From an uncultured delta proteobacterium (GTDB lineage: Bacteria > Desulfobacterota > WTBG01 > CAIYCZ01 > CAIRTM01), in NCBI GenBank assembly GCA_963804955.1, contig CAWDSQ010000007.1, positions 320,001 to 384,000 on the forward strand: a DNA stretch of 64,000 nucleotides. The letters run 5' to 3'. Of the stretch, positions 1 through 11,076 are shown piece by piece (position 1 is the stretch's first letter; every line of letters starts with the position of its first letter). The notes beneath the pieces were generated by a model. It worked only from the letters and a program-made list of their open reading frames with translations, did not search any database and had not been told where the DNA came from. A program made the position numbers and the translations under genes.

Positions 1-2
1 CG

Positions 3-494
3 CTGGGGACATCGCTGCTTATTGTCAGAAACAGTGCGCTGCTGGCTTTTATCGAGAAGCTCTCCCATGCCGGCCTGCTGCATCTTGAGCCGTGTGATGA
101 GGATGAAATATGTAAGTCGCAGCCGGAATCGGCGGCATTCAAGCAGACGGAGGTGCACACAAGGCTACTATGGAAAAAAGCCGTCAAAAATATTTTAAAA
201 AAAACCGGGCCCATCCCTGCCGCCGCATGGCTGATATCAAACCGCCAGACCTGGAGATATTTCCGGATTTTAGGGCTTATTAAAATATCAAATTTTTGTT
301 TCGCGCGATTCGGGAGCGTTCCTGTCAAAAGCATACTTTTTTGCAGCACACTCGACAAACAGACAATCGCCCTGTTACAGGTTTGTCGGCGAGCAGCACA
401 TACGTTTTGTCGCACGCTGCGCATCAGCCCTGAAGTCTCTGACCAGAACGGCCCTTCGCTTTCTGGGCGCCTTCGATCCAAAACGTCCGGATAA
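3..494 (+). CDS. Open frame running in from the window edge; 3' part of an upstream gene or frameshifted N-terminal extension of the next gene
   Basis: Frame 3 has no stop from base 3 to 494; no recognisable motif. Confidence 0.3.
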   Translation: MGTSLLIVRNSALLAFIEKLSHAGLLHLEPCDEDEICKSQPESAAFKQTEVHTRLLWKKAVKNILKKTGPIPAAAWLISNRQTWRYFRILGLIKISNFCFARFGSVPVKSILFCSTLDKQTIALLQVCRRAAHTFCRTLRISPEVSDQNGPSLSGRLRSKTSG

Positions 495-510
495 ACCGGC
501 TCTCCTGCAT

Positions 511-1776
511 GTGCTGATCGCCGGCGGCTACGGCTACGGCAATATCGGCGATGAGGCGCAGCTGGCCGCCAATATCCAGCACTGGCGCATGGCCGTGCCG
601 GATGCTCAGATTACCGTGCTCACCCCGAACCTGAACTATACGCAAAAAACCCATGCCGGCGTACATACCCGGCTCGCCCCCCGTATTGCTTTTTTTGGCC
701 GGGGCGGCAGGATGTATTTTGGTGATGAAACAACATTTAAAAAGCTCTTTTTCCCCATGGCCGGCCTTTTACTTTTTAATGCGCGCCTGATGCGGGCAGG
801 CCTTCCTCTGTTCGGGATAACCGCCCGGCAGGCCTCGCTGCTCGATGCGATCCAGAACGCCGACATAGTATTTCTATCCGGGGGGGGATACCTCACGGGC
901 ATGACGCTCACCCGCCTTTGGGACAATATGCTTCTCATTCGGCTGGCCCATCTGCTTGGCGTACCAACGGTTCTTTCCGGACAGACAATAGGCATTTTCA
1001 AAGACCGCACCAGCAGAAATCTGGCGCGCTGGGGGTTGAAAAAAGCTCACAAAATATATCTGCGGGACGCTGAAGGCTCTCCAGAGGCCCTTGGGTCACT
1101 GGGCATAGACGCTGCCTCCTACGAATGCACCTTTGATGACGCACTGTATTACAAGGTGGCGTCTGAGGCAGCACCCCGCGAGGCACTGCAACAGAGCGGT
1201 ATTGATCCGGCAAAGCCATATATGAGCGTCAATGTGCACTACTGGGGCCAGGCCCCTGAGGTTTCCCGCGAGGCAATGCGTCAAATAGCCCATGCTCTGG
1301 ATGCGATCAACAGCACATGCGCGGTTCAGATCGCTTTCGTGCCCATGGTCAGCACTGATGAAACGGCCATTAGGGAAGTTATGGAGAATATGCGCCGGCC
1401 ATCCGTTATGGTTGATCACAAGTACGATATGGACGCAGCTATAGGCGCTATCCGGCTGGCGGCACTGTGCCTGACCATGAAACATCACCCGATTATTTTT
1501 GCAATGGGCGGAGGCGTGCCCACAGCTGCCATAGCCTTTGATGACTACTATCATCATAAAAACAGGGGGGCTTTAAAACTATTCGGCATGGAAAACTGCA
1601 TTGTGCAGTGCGCCCCGGAACAGCTTGGCGATGCGGTACAACAGAAAGTTCTCTCTTTGCACGAAAACCATCATGAGCTGCAGGCAAAAATAGCAGAAAC
1701 ATACAACAGGCTTGAAAAAGATGCCGGTAAAGCAGTGTATGTCTGGGCCCGTCAACATGCTGTGCGGAATGGCTGA
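511..1776 (+). CDS. Polysaccharide pyruvyl transferase family protein (CsaB/WcaK-like)
   Basis: GGYGYGNIGDEA, SGGGY, GQTIG, YLRD, TMKHH motifs; frame is open back to 274 so the true start may be earlier. Confidence 0.85.
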   Translation: MLIAGGYGYGNIGDEAQLAANIQHWRMAVPDAQITVLTPNLNYTQKTHAGVHTRLAPRIAFFGRGGRMYFGDETTFKKLFFPMAGLLLFNARLMRAGLPLFGITARQASLLDAIQNADIVFLSGGGYLTGMTLTRLWDNMLLIRLAHLLGVPTVLSGQTIGIFKDRTSRNLARWGLKKAHKIYLRDAEGSPEALGSLGIDAASYECTFDDALYYKVASEAAPREALQQSGIDPAKPYMSVNVHYWGQAPEVSREAMRQIAHALDAINSTCAVQIAFVPMVSTDETAIREVMENMRRPSVMVDHKYDMDAAIGAIRLAALCLTMKHHPIIFAMGGGVPTAAIAFDDYYHHKNRGALKLFGMENCIVQCAPEQLGDAVQQKVLSLHENHHELQAKIAETYNRLEKDAGKAVYVWARQHAVRNG

Positions 1777-1778
1777 CC

Positions 1779-3159
1779 ATGATCTTTTTTGCCCTGCCAA
1801 AGCCTGATGTACCGTATCTGGCGGAATTTTTCCAGGGGCTGCTGCGGTATCTGACGGAAACGGGCAGGCGCCCGCTTGTCTTTACCAACTATTATTCGAG
1901 CATGGAATTTTTCGCCCAAAGCGGCGCAACCGTATTCTGCCCGGAAATTTTTGTTAAAGAAGATATGTATGAATCAGCTGCGGCAGCACATGCCGAAAAC
2001 ACAGGCACCTATGACCCTGTGCAGGCAATTCAGCCCTGACAACCTGCGCAACGCCCAGAGAAATGCCTTCTGCTGCCGGATCCTGCCGGAAATCCTGGAG
2101 AACATATTTGCACGGCAACTGCCGTCCGCTGCGGTCGTATGGAATTTTTTCCCTCCCTTCAATACGGTCAGAGAAAAACTCCTTCAAAAAAACATTCCGA
2201 CTCTCACAACAGACAAGGGCCTTCTGGGCAAGACGGCCTTCCTGGATCCCTGCGGAATGAACGGGTCGAGCTATTATGCGGATCCTGACACCTGGAGCAA
2301 AACCGTTGGCCGCCACAGGGGCCCGCTTGACCTGGCTGCTGCGGCAGAGTACCTTGCCTCATATGTGCGGTCATACGAGTCGGGGTGGGATCAGCCCGGC
2401 TATGAAGCTCCGGAGAATCTGCGAAAACGTTTTGGAATCAGGCTGGAGCAGAAAATCATCTTTGTGCCGACGCAGGTTCTTGCAGACAGCAACATGATCC
2501 TTCATCATGGCGCATTTCATGATAATACCGCTTTCATACGAGCTTTTCTTGTTCAGCTCAGAGAACGCAACGACCTTTTTTTCCTGATAAAAAAGCATCC
2601 CAAAGAGCCGTCTCAACAGGCCGAGATACAGCACATCATTGCGGACCGGGGCATCTGGACAGAAAACATCAATACGTTTTCTGCAATAGAAGCATGTTCT
2701 GCTGTCATAACACTCAACAGCACGGTCGGACTGGAAGCGGCCATGCTGGGGAAACCCGTAGCAGTCTGCGCGCCTGCCCTGTACTCCCGAAAGGGCTTCA
2801 CCTATGACATCACCGACGTGGCAATGCTGCCGCCCCTGATGCCTGCACTGCTGAGCGGCTGGCAGCAGAGCGATGAACAGAGATTATCGCTTCTGTACTT
2901 TCTTGCATTCATGCTGAAAAAGTATCTCATCCCCGCAAACGGAGTTCAGCCGGCGGCGATCTACGACAGATATCTGGAACCCTGCATGCACTATGACACT
3001 GCTACGGGAACAACAGACCGGGAGCATCTCGCAGTAACCCGCATGGCGCATGAGCATGTCATGCCGTCTGCAGGGGTCAGCCGCGCCATACAAAAAGGTC
3101 CCCGGATAAAAAATCATTTTGCCACATGGGCAAAAAGCCTTTTTAAAAAAACCCCGTAG
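1779..3159 (+). CDS. Capsule polysaccharide biosynthesis/modification protein (KpsS/LipB-like), frameshift near 2030
   Basis: VPTQVLADSN, KKHPKE, TLNSTVGLEAAMLGKPV, YSRKGFT; N-terminus in ORF 1779-2039, remainder in ORF 1876-3159. Confidence 0.7.
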
Positions 3160-3195
3160 GGTTCTCTTATAAAACGAGCCGTTTGATAAAAAACC

Positions 3196-4269
3196 ATGGC
3201 GGTGAAAAAGATATTCGCAGTGCAAACGCTCTATGACCACTGGTCGGCTTATTCAGGCTATCAGGGCTTCATACCCCTGCTGCACAGGGGCTATGATGCA
3301 CAGCATGTCCGCATACCCTACGGCGCAAAAAGCTATCACACATCACCCGTTCTCAAAAAAATCATCGGGGAGGCGGTAACAAACTCAGGCCTGGCCTTAT
3401 ATTCCGCCAATGACTTTGAAGAAGAAGTGAAATTGTTTTTTCAATCAGCTGCCGGCCGGCCGGCAGCTGTGCACTTTCTTGACGGAGAACACGGCTATTG
3501 CCACTTCACCTCTCTTATAAAGCCGCTGCGCTTGCTGCGGGGCGGCAGACCTCATATCATAGTCTCGTATCACCTGCCTCCCCAGCGTCTTCTCACGCGG
3601 ATGACCAGATACGACCACCTGGCGCGTGCTGATAAAATAGTTCTGGTAGGCTCCAACCAATACGATTTTTTTCAAAAATACGTTTCCGCCGAGAAGATTG
3701 CCGTGATACCGCATGGCGTCAACACCGGTTTTTTTTCGCCGCCTCATAGCGCCAGGCCCCACGACCCTGAACTGTTCACCTGCCTTTGCATCGGATCGCA
3801 CCTGCGGGATTATGCATTCCTTGCCCGGGTGGCGGAAAAACTGCAGGGGGTTTCCCGCATCAGATTCAGAGTCATTTCACCTGCATGCGACGTGCCGGTT
3901 TTGCATCAGTTACATAATGTCCGGATAGAGGCAGGATTGCCGGATGAGGGGCTGCTTGAGGCATATCGACAGGCTGATGTCCTGACCATGCCTCTGCTTG
4001 ATACAACCGCAAACAATGTCGTCCTTGAGGCACTGGCCTGCGGATTGCCGGTCCTGACAACAAATGTCGGCGCGATCCGGGATTATGTCGGTGAATCGTG
4101 CGCCATGCTGTTTGCGCCTCTTGACACAGACGGCTATGCCGATGCCCTTGCCGACCTTGCCCGCAGCCCTGCACTGGCTGCGGAAATGGGAAGCGCTGCG
4201 CGAGCGCATGCCGAAAACCATCTTTCATGGAAAATTCTTACGCCCCGGTATGAGCGGCTGTACCAGTAG
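3196..4269 (+). CDS. Glycosyltransferase family 4
   Basis: IPHGV, LEALACGLPVLTTNVG. Confidence 0.9.
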   Translation: MAVKKIFAVQTLYDHWSAYSGYQGFIPLLHRGYDAQHVRIPYGAKSYHTSPVLKKIIGEAVTNSGLALYSANDFEEEVKLFFQSAAGRPAAVHFLDGEHGYCHFTSLIKPLRLLRGGRPHIIVSYHLPPQRLLTRMTRYDHLARADKIVLVGSNQYDFFQKYVSAEKIAVIPHGVNTGFFSPPHSARPHDPELFTCLCIGSHLRDYAFLARVAEKLQGVSRIRFRVISPACDVPVLHQLHNVRIEAGLPDEGLLEAYRQADVLTMPLLDTTANNVVLEALACGLPVLTTNVGAIRDYVGESCAMLFAPLDTDGYADALADLARSPALAAEMGSAARAHAENHLSWKILTPRYERLYQ

Positions 4270-4292
4270 CCCTTCTCTGCTTTTCAATCAAC

Positions 4293-5510
4293 ATGATAGA
4301 AAATAAAAAATTTTCCATAGCTATTCTTACTGCTGAATTTGTTACGGAGCCGTATTTCAGCGGTGGTGTCGCACAGCACTTCTTTCGCATAGCAAAATAC
4401 CTTGCGGAGCAGGGGCATACCGTACATGTTATTACCCGGTCACATGAAACCGCACGTTTTATGTATCAGGGGCTGCACGTATACAGAATCAGCGTAGACG
4501 GCGCCGGCGCCCTCGGAAAAACCATGAAACGTCTCGCGCTTGGAAAAATAGATTCAACCATTGACCACCTTCGGTTCAGCTTTGCATGTCTGCGGCAGCT
4601 GCAGTCCATTATAAAAAAAACCCCTGTCGATATTATTCACTGTTTCAACTCTCACGGTATCGGGCTCTGGCCGCTGCTGATTCCGCACATCCCCCAGCTC
4701 GTAACCGTCTCCTGCTATCGCCCTCTCTGGAATTCACTGGCGGGCGTTGAAAAAACCCCGGATGTCTGGCTTGACGAAAAAACAGAAGCCTTGTTCTTCA
4801 TCCTCAGCAGGCATATCTATTCACCAAGCGCTAATCTGCAAAAAATACTTGCCGCGGAACTTAATAAAAAAAACATACCGGTTATCAGAACACCCTTCTA
4901 TATTGAAGTTGATGCAGAGGATGATTCCGCATACACAACAACTCTGGGCGGCAAAAAATATATCCTGTTTTTTGGCCGCCTCCAGATGCATAAAGGCGCT
5001 CATATTCTGGGAGAGGCTCTGCCGTCCACTTTACAAAGCTGCCCGGATATGCACGTCGCTTTCGTGGGGCTTGACGGAAAGTCTCCGTCGGGCGCCTCCA
5101 TGCGCGACCATATTAAAAAACTGGCAGCAGGCTCGGCAAACCGCATTGTATTTATTGACGCAGTTCACCATAATCAACTCTACCCCATTCTGAAGCACGC
5201 CCGCCTCGTTGTGCTGCCCTCCCTCATCGACAACCTGCCCAACACCCTGCTTGAAGCCATGGGGGTGGGCAAGCCCGTCATAGGCACGACGGGGTGCAGC
5301 TTTGATGAAATGATAGAAGACGGCGTCTCAGGCTTCCTCGTTCAGCCCGGGAATGCTCCTGCTTTGGCTGCTGCCATAACTGCTGCCTGGCAATGCTCCG
5401 ATGCTGAACTTGCCGCCATCGGGCAGCGGGCTGCAAAAAAAATCGAAGATCTTGCTCCCTCAAAAACGGTTGGGGCCGTGATAGACTATTACAGAGCACT
5501 CATCAACTGA
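4293..5510 (+). CDS. Glycosyltransferase family 4
   Basis: FGRLQMHKG, DNLPNTLLEAMGVGKPVI. Confidence 0.9.
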   Translation: MIENKKFSIAILTAEFVTEPYFSGGVAQHFFRIAKYLAEQGHTVHVITRSHETARFMYQGLHVYRISVDGAGALGKTMKRLALGKIDSTIDHLRFSFACLRQLQSIIKKTPVDIIHCFNSHGIGLWPLLIPHIPQLVTVSCYRPLWNSLAGVEKTPDVWLDEKTEALFFILSRHIYSPSANLQKILAAELNKKNIPVIRTPFYIEVDAEDDSAYTTTLGGKKYILFFGRLQMHKGAHILGEALPSTLQSCPDMHVAFVGLDGKSPSGASMRDHIKKLAAGSANRIVFIDAVHHNQLYPILKHARLVVLPSLIDNLPNTLLEAMGVGKPVIGTTGCSFDEMIEDGVSGFLVQPGNAPALAAAITAAWQCSDAELAAIGQRAAKKIEDLAPSKTVGAVIDYYRALIN

Positions 5511-5536
5511 CAGCTGCACACACAGAGGTTGGCGCT

Positions 5537-6514
5537 ATGACAGACTTTAACAATATGTACACCGGAGGGCAGCCCGCCCCGCGTGACTGGGAAACATGGC
5601 TGCGCAGACTGCGGACAAAAATAGGCCGCGCCATCATGCGGGATACGCCTCCCCTGCCTCATGGAGCCTGCGTTGATCTGCCGGTACGCCATCGCGAATT
5701 CCGGCCTGACATGACTGGCAAAATGCTTAAACCCATCGATTTTTCGCATCTGCGTGATGCCCCGCTCTCTGATGTCAAAGCCGCCATCGCCTGGGTAGAA
5801 GAAAAAGCAGGCTGGTTTCACAGTGTAGACTTAAAACATGGCATAGCCACACCGGGGGGCAGAGGGTGGGAGGAGCGGCGGGAACTTTTTAGAATCCCTG
5901 ACGCAGTAAGAGGCAAAACCGTTCTTGATATTGGAGCGATGGAGGGTGGCGACACATTTTGCGCCGAAGATGCAGGTGCGGCATCTGTCACTGCGCTGGA
6001 TGTAGACAACTACTTTGACTATGATTCAGGGCTGAACGCTGCATGGGATTATACGGTAGACCGCTACCTGCAGGCCAAACAGGAAGGGCCCGAAAGCGAA
6101 TGGGTTTTTTTGAACTCAAAACGCTTTGGTTTTGAGTTGTGCAGACAAGTCAGGCATTCACATGCAGAACGCATTTCCGGAGCGGTCTATGATCTTTCCC
6201 CGTCAAAACACGGCATGTTTGATATTGTCTATTGTTTTGGGCTTTTGTATCATCTCCGCAACCCTCTGTTAGCCCTGGATCGCATTGCCGCTGTCACAAA
6301 GGACCGGCTTTTTATATGCTCACAGATATTCAACGGGTATGCGCCGTATGCAAACACTATGCTCTACTATAACGACACCTGGCGAGGCAGTTATACAAAC
6401 TGGTTTGTTCCAACGCCGCAGGCGCTGATTGACATGGCCGGCAGCAGCGGTTTTAAGAGAATAGAAGTCATTGCATCAACTGACACACAAACCTATCTCG
6501 CCTGCTATAAATAA
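5537..6514 (+). CDS. Class I SAM-dependent methyltransferase (CmoB/DUF1698-like)
   Basis: VLDIGAMEGG motif I; FDIVYCFGLLYHLRNP. Confidence 0.8.
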   Translation: MTDFNNMYTGGQPAPRDWETWLRRLRTKIGRAIMRDTPPLPHGACVDLPVRHREFRPDMTGKMLKPIDFSHLRDAPLSDVKAAIAWVEEKAGWFHSVDLKHGIATPGGRGWEERRELFRIPDAVRGKTVLDIGAMEGGDTFCAEDAGAASVTALDVDNYFDYDSGLNAAWDYTVDRYLQAKQEGPESEWVFLNSKRFGFELCRQVRHSHAERISGAVYDLSPSKHGMFDIVYCFGLLYHLRNPLLALDRIAAVTKDRLFICSQIFNGYAPYANTMLYYNDTWRGSYTNWFVPTPQALIDMAGSSGFKRIEVIASTDTQTYLACYK

Positions 6515-6619
6515 AATAATGCTGCACGCAGCGGCTCCAATGGCCTCCCCCGAAAATTCAGCATTTCCAGCGGTGCGGATAAAATAAATGCACATACCCG
6601 ATCAGCCTCTTACTTAAAA

Positions 6620-7888
6620 ATGAATATTCTTTTTTTAACATCTGCTGCACCCGCTAAGGCTGGTTTTTCAACCAGCGAAAAAAGGCCCCCCCTGGGGTTG
6701 GGCTATTTAATGTCCGTTCTGAAACAGAAAGGCCACCGGGTATTTTTCAGCGATGAATATCTACAGCCTTCAGGAGTTCTAACAGGAAATTTTTTGCAGC
6801 AAAACAACATAACGCATGTAGGTATTTATGCCAACACAATCTGTTACCAATCCACCCTTGCGCTGATCGGATTGCTCAAAAAAAAGAGGGATGCAGGCCA
6901 GTGGCGAGGCAAAATACTGGTCGGAGGGCCGCATACATCGTTCGGCGCTGATGAAATACCGCCATCAGTCGATCATATTGTAATCGGAGAAGGAGAAATT
7001 TCACTGCCCGGAATTATTGACGGCGAGGTCACGGAACGAATCGTTACAGGTAAAAAAGTGCAGGATATGGATTCCTTACCGATGCCGGCATGGGAGAAGT
7101 TCATTAACCTGCCATATACCTGGACGCACGAATGGCTTACCAGTTCTCCCGTGTACACCATGAATACAAGCAGAGGGTGCCCGTTTCATTGCAGTTTCTG
7201 CTCTGTCCGGTCCCTATGGGGTAAATCCTATCGCTGCATGTCGGCAGAACGAATCGTTGACGATATCCAGCATATGGTCAAACACTATGGAGCCAAAGGC
7301 ATTTATTTTCGCGAAGACCATTTTACATTCAAGAAAGAAAGAACCATTGATTTCTGCCAAGCCCTGCTGAAAAAAAACATCCGCATTGACTGGATATGCG
7401 AAACCCGCGTCGACCAGCTGGACGATCCTGAATATCAACAGCTTATGTTTGATGCGGGCTGCAAAGCTTTCTATATCGGGGTTGAAAGCGGAAGCCCCAG
7501 AATGCTCAACCTCTTTAAAAAAGGTGAAACACGAGAGCAGTTCGTGAAAGCTTTTGAAATTGCCCGCACAACCGGGATAAAAACCTATGCGAGTTTTGTC
7601 GTCGGGACACCATTTGAAACAGACGATGACGAGCGCCTCACCGATGACTTGATTAAGGAAATAAGGCCCGACTTTTTATCTAAAAATATTTTTCTCGGGA
7701 TACCCGGAAGCGAACTATATGACCAGATCAAATTAAATAATTTATATGAATATGAAGACGAGCTGCATATTTTATATCCAAAGGGATATCTGAAAAATGT
7801 ACGCAAATATTACGGCGATAATCCATATTATAAGACCTACAGCCGCTTCAAAATTTTCCAAAACTATGTAAGCAAGCAGCTTGTATAA
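6620..7888 (+). CDS. Cobalamin-binding radical SAM protein
   Basis: PPLGLGYL and VGGPH B12-binding domain; SRGCPFHCSFC CxxxCxxC; GVESG. Confidence 0.9.
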   Translation: MNILFLTSAAPAKAGFSTSEKRPPLGLGYLMSVLKQKGHRVFFSDEYLQPSGVLTGNFLQQNNITHVGIYANTICYQSTLALIGLLKKKRDAGQWRGKILVGGPHTSFGADEIPPSVDHIVIGEGEISLPGIIDGEVTERIVTGKKVQDMDSLPMPAWEKFINLPYTWTHEWLTSSPVYTMNTSRGCPFHCSFCSVRSLWGKSYRCMSAERIVDDIQHMVKHYGAKGIYFREDHFTFKKERTIDFCQALLKKNIRIDWICETRVDQLDDPEYQQLMFDAGCKAFYIGVESGSPRMLNLFKKGETREQFVKAFEIARTTGIKTYASFVVGTPFETDDDERLTDDLIKEIRPDFLSKNIFLGIPGSELYDQIKLNNLYEYEDELHILYPKGYLKNVRKYYGDNPYYKTYSRFKIFQNYVSKQLV

Positions 7889-7890
7889 TC

Positions 7891-8982
7891 ATGCAGCCTA
7901 CCGTCACCGTCCTTCTTTCTGTTTTTAATGGTGAGCGCTACCTGCGGCATGCCATTGAAAGCATTTTGAATCAGAGTTTCGATGACTTTGAATTCTTAAT
8001 TATCAACGATGCATCCACGGACCGCAGCCGGGATATACTGCTTTCCTACCCGGATAGACGCATACGATTAGTTGACAACAGCAGCAATATCGGCCTGACT
8101 GCATCCTTGAATCTCGGCCTCGATTTAGCAGCGGGTGAATATGTCGCACGACTGGACGCCGATGATATTTCCCATGCCGAAAGGCTGAAAAAGCAGGTTT
8201 TTTTTCTGCGTGACAGGCCTGCAACTGCCGTACTGGCAACAGGCTGTCATATTGTGGATGAGGCAGGCAATCTCACGGGTACTATCCACCCACCCGTAAG
8301 CGAACATGAGATCAAGTGGCGTCTGCTGTTTTACAACTGCCTCCCCCACAGCTCAATCATGTTCAGGAAAAAAGAAATTATGTCGCTGGGCGGATATAAT
8401 AAAGACATACAGTATGCCCAGGACTATGACCTCTGGCTGCGCACGGCTGAGCTGTACCGGATCGAGGCTCTCAGCGAACCGCTCATGTCATACCGCCTTC
8501 CTGACAAGGGCGCCATTTCGCATGATAAAAAAAATGAACAATCGACCGCGGCCGGTTTGATACGGCTCAACAATCTTCACAAGCTGGGGATTGAGGCAGA
8601 GCTTACCGGGGGGGTTCAAGAGCTCTGTGAATTTCTCTTTTTTAACGGCGCCCTGCATGATGCTCCAGCAGCGGAGCTTCTTTTCAGGAACATATTCCGG
8701 GCCTTTTGCGCTTCGGATTTTACATCGGGATTAACGGCTGAAAAGAAGGCGTGCATCTCCAAAAATTTTAAAGCCAGGCTGGCAAATTTTTTCCTGCAGC
8801 GGGCCTGGGAGCAGTATCAGAAAAACGACCTCTGTGCATTTCGGCGCCAGTTACGTGAATCAATACGGCATCACTCCTGGCCGGCGTCACTTCCGTTAAT
8901 CTTAATTCTTATAAAATCTTTTTTCGGCAAAACGGCATTCGAAGCGATACACAGGCTGCGAAAAAAAATCAGCAGCAGCTGA
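7891..8982 (+). CDS. Glycosyltransferase family 2
   Basis: INDASTD, ARLDADD, QDYDLW. Confidence 0.9.
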   Translation: MQPTVTVLLSVFNGERYLRHAIESILNQSFDDFEFLIINDASTDRSRDILLSYPDRRIRLVDNSSNIGLTASLNLGLDLAAGEYVARLDADDISHAERLKKQVFFLRDRPATAVLATGCHIVDEAGNLTGTIHPPVSEHEIKWRLLFYNCLPHSSIMFRKKEIMSLGGYNKDIQYAQDYDLWLRTAELYRIEALSEPLMSYRLPDKGAISHDKKNEQSTAAGLIRLNNLHKLGIEAELTGGVQELCEFLFFNGALHDAPAAELLFRNIFRAFCASDFTSGLTAEKKACISKNFKARLANFFLQRAWEQYQKNDLCAFRRQLRESIRHHSWPASLPLILILIKSFFGKTAFEAIHRLRKKISSS

Positions 8983-9004
8983 GCTTTTTATATCACACAA
9001 GCAT

Positions 9005-10156
9005 ATGACACCTCGCCCTGCCCCGCTGGTAAGCATTATCATTCCGACATATAACAGGGCCGGCCTTGTTGGCCGGGCGGTTGACAGTGCTTTGCGCCAA
9101 ACCTTTACTGATTATGAAATCATTGTTGTTGATGATGCCAGCACCGATGACACACGCGGCTATTTGCATAATCGCTATCAGGATACAATCACGTATATTC
9201 AAAAAAAGGAAAACCAGGGGCTTTCGGCTGCACGCAATAGCGGCATTGCTGCTGCACAAGGGACATACCTTGCTTTTTTGGATGACGATGACGAATGGTT
9301 TTCAGATAAGCTGTCTTTGCAAATAGAATTAATCCGGCATGCGCCTGCAGTCGGCCTGGTATATTGCGGAGCTGTCCTGGCTGATGATAATAACAATTTT
9401 TTACGGGCCCTTACTCCCAGCAAAAAAGGCTCTATTTTCGAAGATATTCTCTGCTGGAACTGCATTACAGGATCGGCCTCTGCCGCACTTATAAGAAAGG
9501 ACATCCTGAAACAAACCGGTTTTTTTGATGTTTCATTATCCGCCTGTGAAGATTGGGATCTGTGGATTAGAATTTCACAGTGCAGCGAAGTTGCTTTTAT
9601 AGATCAGTGTTTAGTAACGTGCACGGTGCATGCGCATAACATGCATAAAGACATCTCCAGAATGGAAAAGAACACCTTTTTAGTTCTTGAAAAATACCAG
9701 GCCGGGATCGACACCGCCAGGAGGATCGAAATTGCGCGGTCACAGTCCGTTTTTTTTGCCTGGCAGTATTATCAGGCGGGACAAACAGAGGAGTTTAACA
9801 GAATGATTTTTAAAGCCCTCCGCTACAATTCCTGCGATCCGATCCCCCTTCCCGAGGGGGATGTATCAGAAGAAGAACACGCGTTTTTTACTGCATGCAA
9901 TCTTTACTGGAGCAGTCCGGAGGCGCCGCTGTTTCCTTCTGCAAAAAAAAAGTCCTATGCGCAGCACTATTTGAATTTTGCATGGCACTATTATAATAAT
10001 AATGATATGCATAATTTTCGAAAATGCCTCATGCGCTTTTTCAAATACTCATTCCCGAGAATTCCACTAAGGCTTGTTCTTTCTTTGTGTAAATCGTTTT
10101 TAGGAAAAAACCTGTCCGACATTGTACATACTGCGCGGAAAAAGCTGTGGACGTGA
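9005..10156 (+). CDS. Glycosyltransferase family 2
   Basis: VSIIIPTYN, VDDASTD, FLDDDD, EDWDLW. Confidence 0.9.
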   Translation: MTPRPAPLVSIIIPTYNRAGLVGRAVDSALRQTFTDYEIIVVDDASTDDTRGYLHNRYQDTITYIQKKENQGLSAARNSGIAAAQGTYLAFLDDDDEWFSDKLSLQIELIRHAPAVGLVYCGAVLADDNNNFLRALTPSKKGSIFEDILCWNCITGSASAALIRKDILKQTGFFDVSLSACEDWDLWIRISQCSEVAFIDQCLVTCTVHAHNMHKDISRMEKNTFLVLEKYQAGIDTARRIEIARSQSVFFAWQYYQAGQTEEFNRMIFKALRYNSCDPIPLPEGDVSEEEHAFFTACNLYWSSPEAPLFPSAKKKSYAQHYLNFAWHYYNNNDMHNFRKCLMRFFKYSFPRIPLRLVLSLCKSFLGKNLSDIVHTARKKLWT

Positions 10157-11076
10157 AAGCACCATTAATCTACGCTGTTATCGTTTCCTGGAATAGCCGG
10201 AAATGGATACAGCCTGCTATCGAAAGCTTGCAGAATTCTGCAATTCCGGTCAGCATTATAGTGGTTGATAATGCTTCAACGGATGCTGCGGTAAGCATTG
10301 TCCGGAATGAATATGCTGATGTTGAAATAATTCAGCTGCCTGAAAACGCCGGCTTTGCCGCTGCAAACAATTCCGGCATCAGTGCCGCCCTGAAGCATGG
10401 CGCTGAGTATATCCTGCTGCTCAATCAGGATGCGAAAATTTCACCGGAGATGCTTGTTGAAATTGTCAGTCTTTTCGAAAAAAACCATGCTTTTGGCATA
10501 ATAAGCCCGCTGCACATGAATTATGAGGGCACGTGCGTTGACCCGGTTTTTCTGTCATTTATTTCAGAAAATGATTTCATGCTATCAGATGCTCTCACGC
10601 AAAAAATGCGTGAAATTTACGAGGTGCCGTTTATCAATGCAGCAGTCTGGGTGATCTCCCGGGCTCTGGTTGAAAAAATCGGGGGATTCGATCCGATATT
10701 TTTCATGTACGGAGAGGACCAGGACTATTGCCACCGGGCACGGTTTCATGGATTCAAAACGGGCGTAGCGCCAAAAGCCATAGCCTATCACTGGCACGGC
10801 GGCGGCGAGTTTTTGAAAAAAAGGCCTTTTAAAGAGCAGTGCTTACGGCACTGCGCGCAGATACTCTGCCGCCTGAAGCGCCCTGACCATATTTTTGTTT
10901 TAAGTTTATCAGGCATTCTGGCAACATGGGTTCAAAGATCTCTGGTGGTTTTGGCGTATGGAGATTTTAGACAGTTTGCCGCCATGCTCGCTGCCTGCGT
11001 AAAGGTGCTGCCAGTGATTTTCCAGGTCAGACGGCACCATGCCCGGTGCAGACGATCCGGCAGGCTATGGATCTGA
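10147..11076 (+). CDS. Glycosyltransferase family 2 (rhamnosyltransferase-like)
   Basis: VDNASTD, GFAAANN, LLNQD, GGFDPIFFMYGEDQD. Confidence 0.9.
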   Translation: MDVKAPLIYAVIVSWNSRKWIQPAIESLQNSAIPVSIIVVDNASTDAAVSIVRNEYADVEIIQLPENAGFAAANNSGISAALKHGAEYILLLNQDAKISPEMLVEIVSLFEKNHAFGIISPLHMNYEGTCVDPVFLSFISENDFMLSDALTQKMREIYEVPFINAAVWVISRALVEKIGGFDPIFFMYGEDQDYCHRARFHGFKTGVAPKAIAYHWHGGGEFLKKRPFKEQCLRHCAQILCRLKRPDHIFVLSLSGILATWVQRSLVVLAYGDFRQFAAMLAACVKVLPVIFQVRRHHARCRRSGRLWI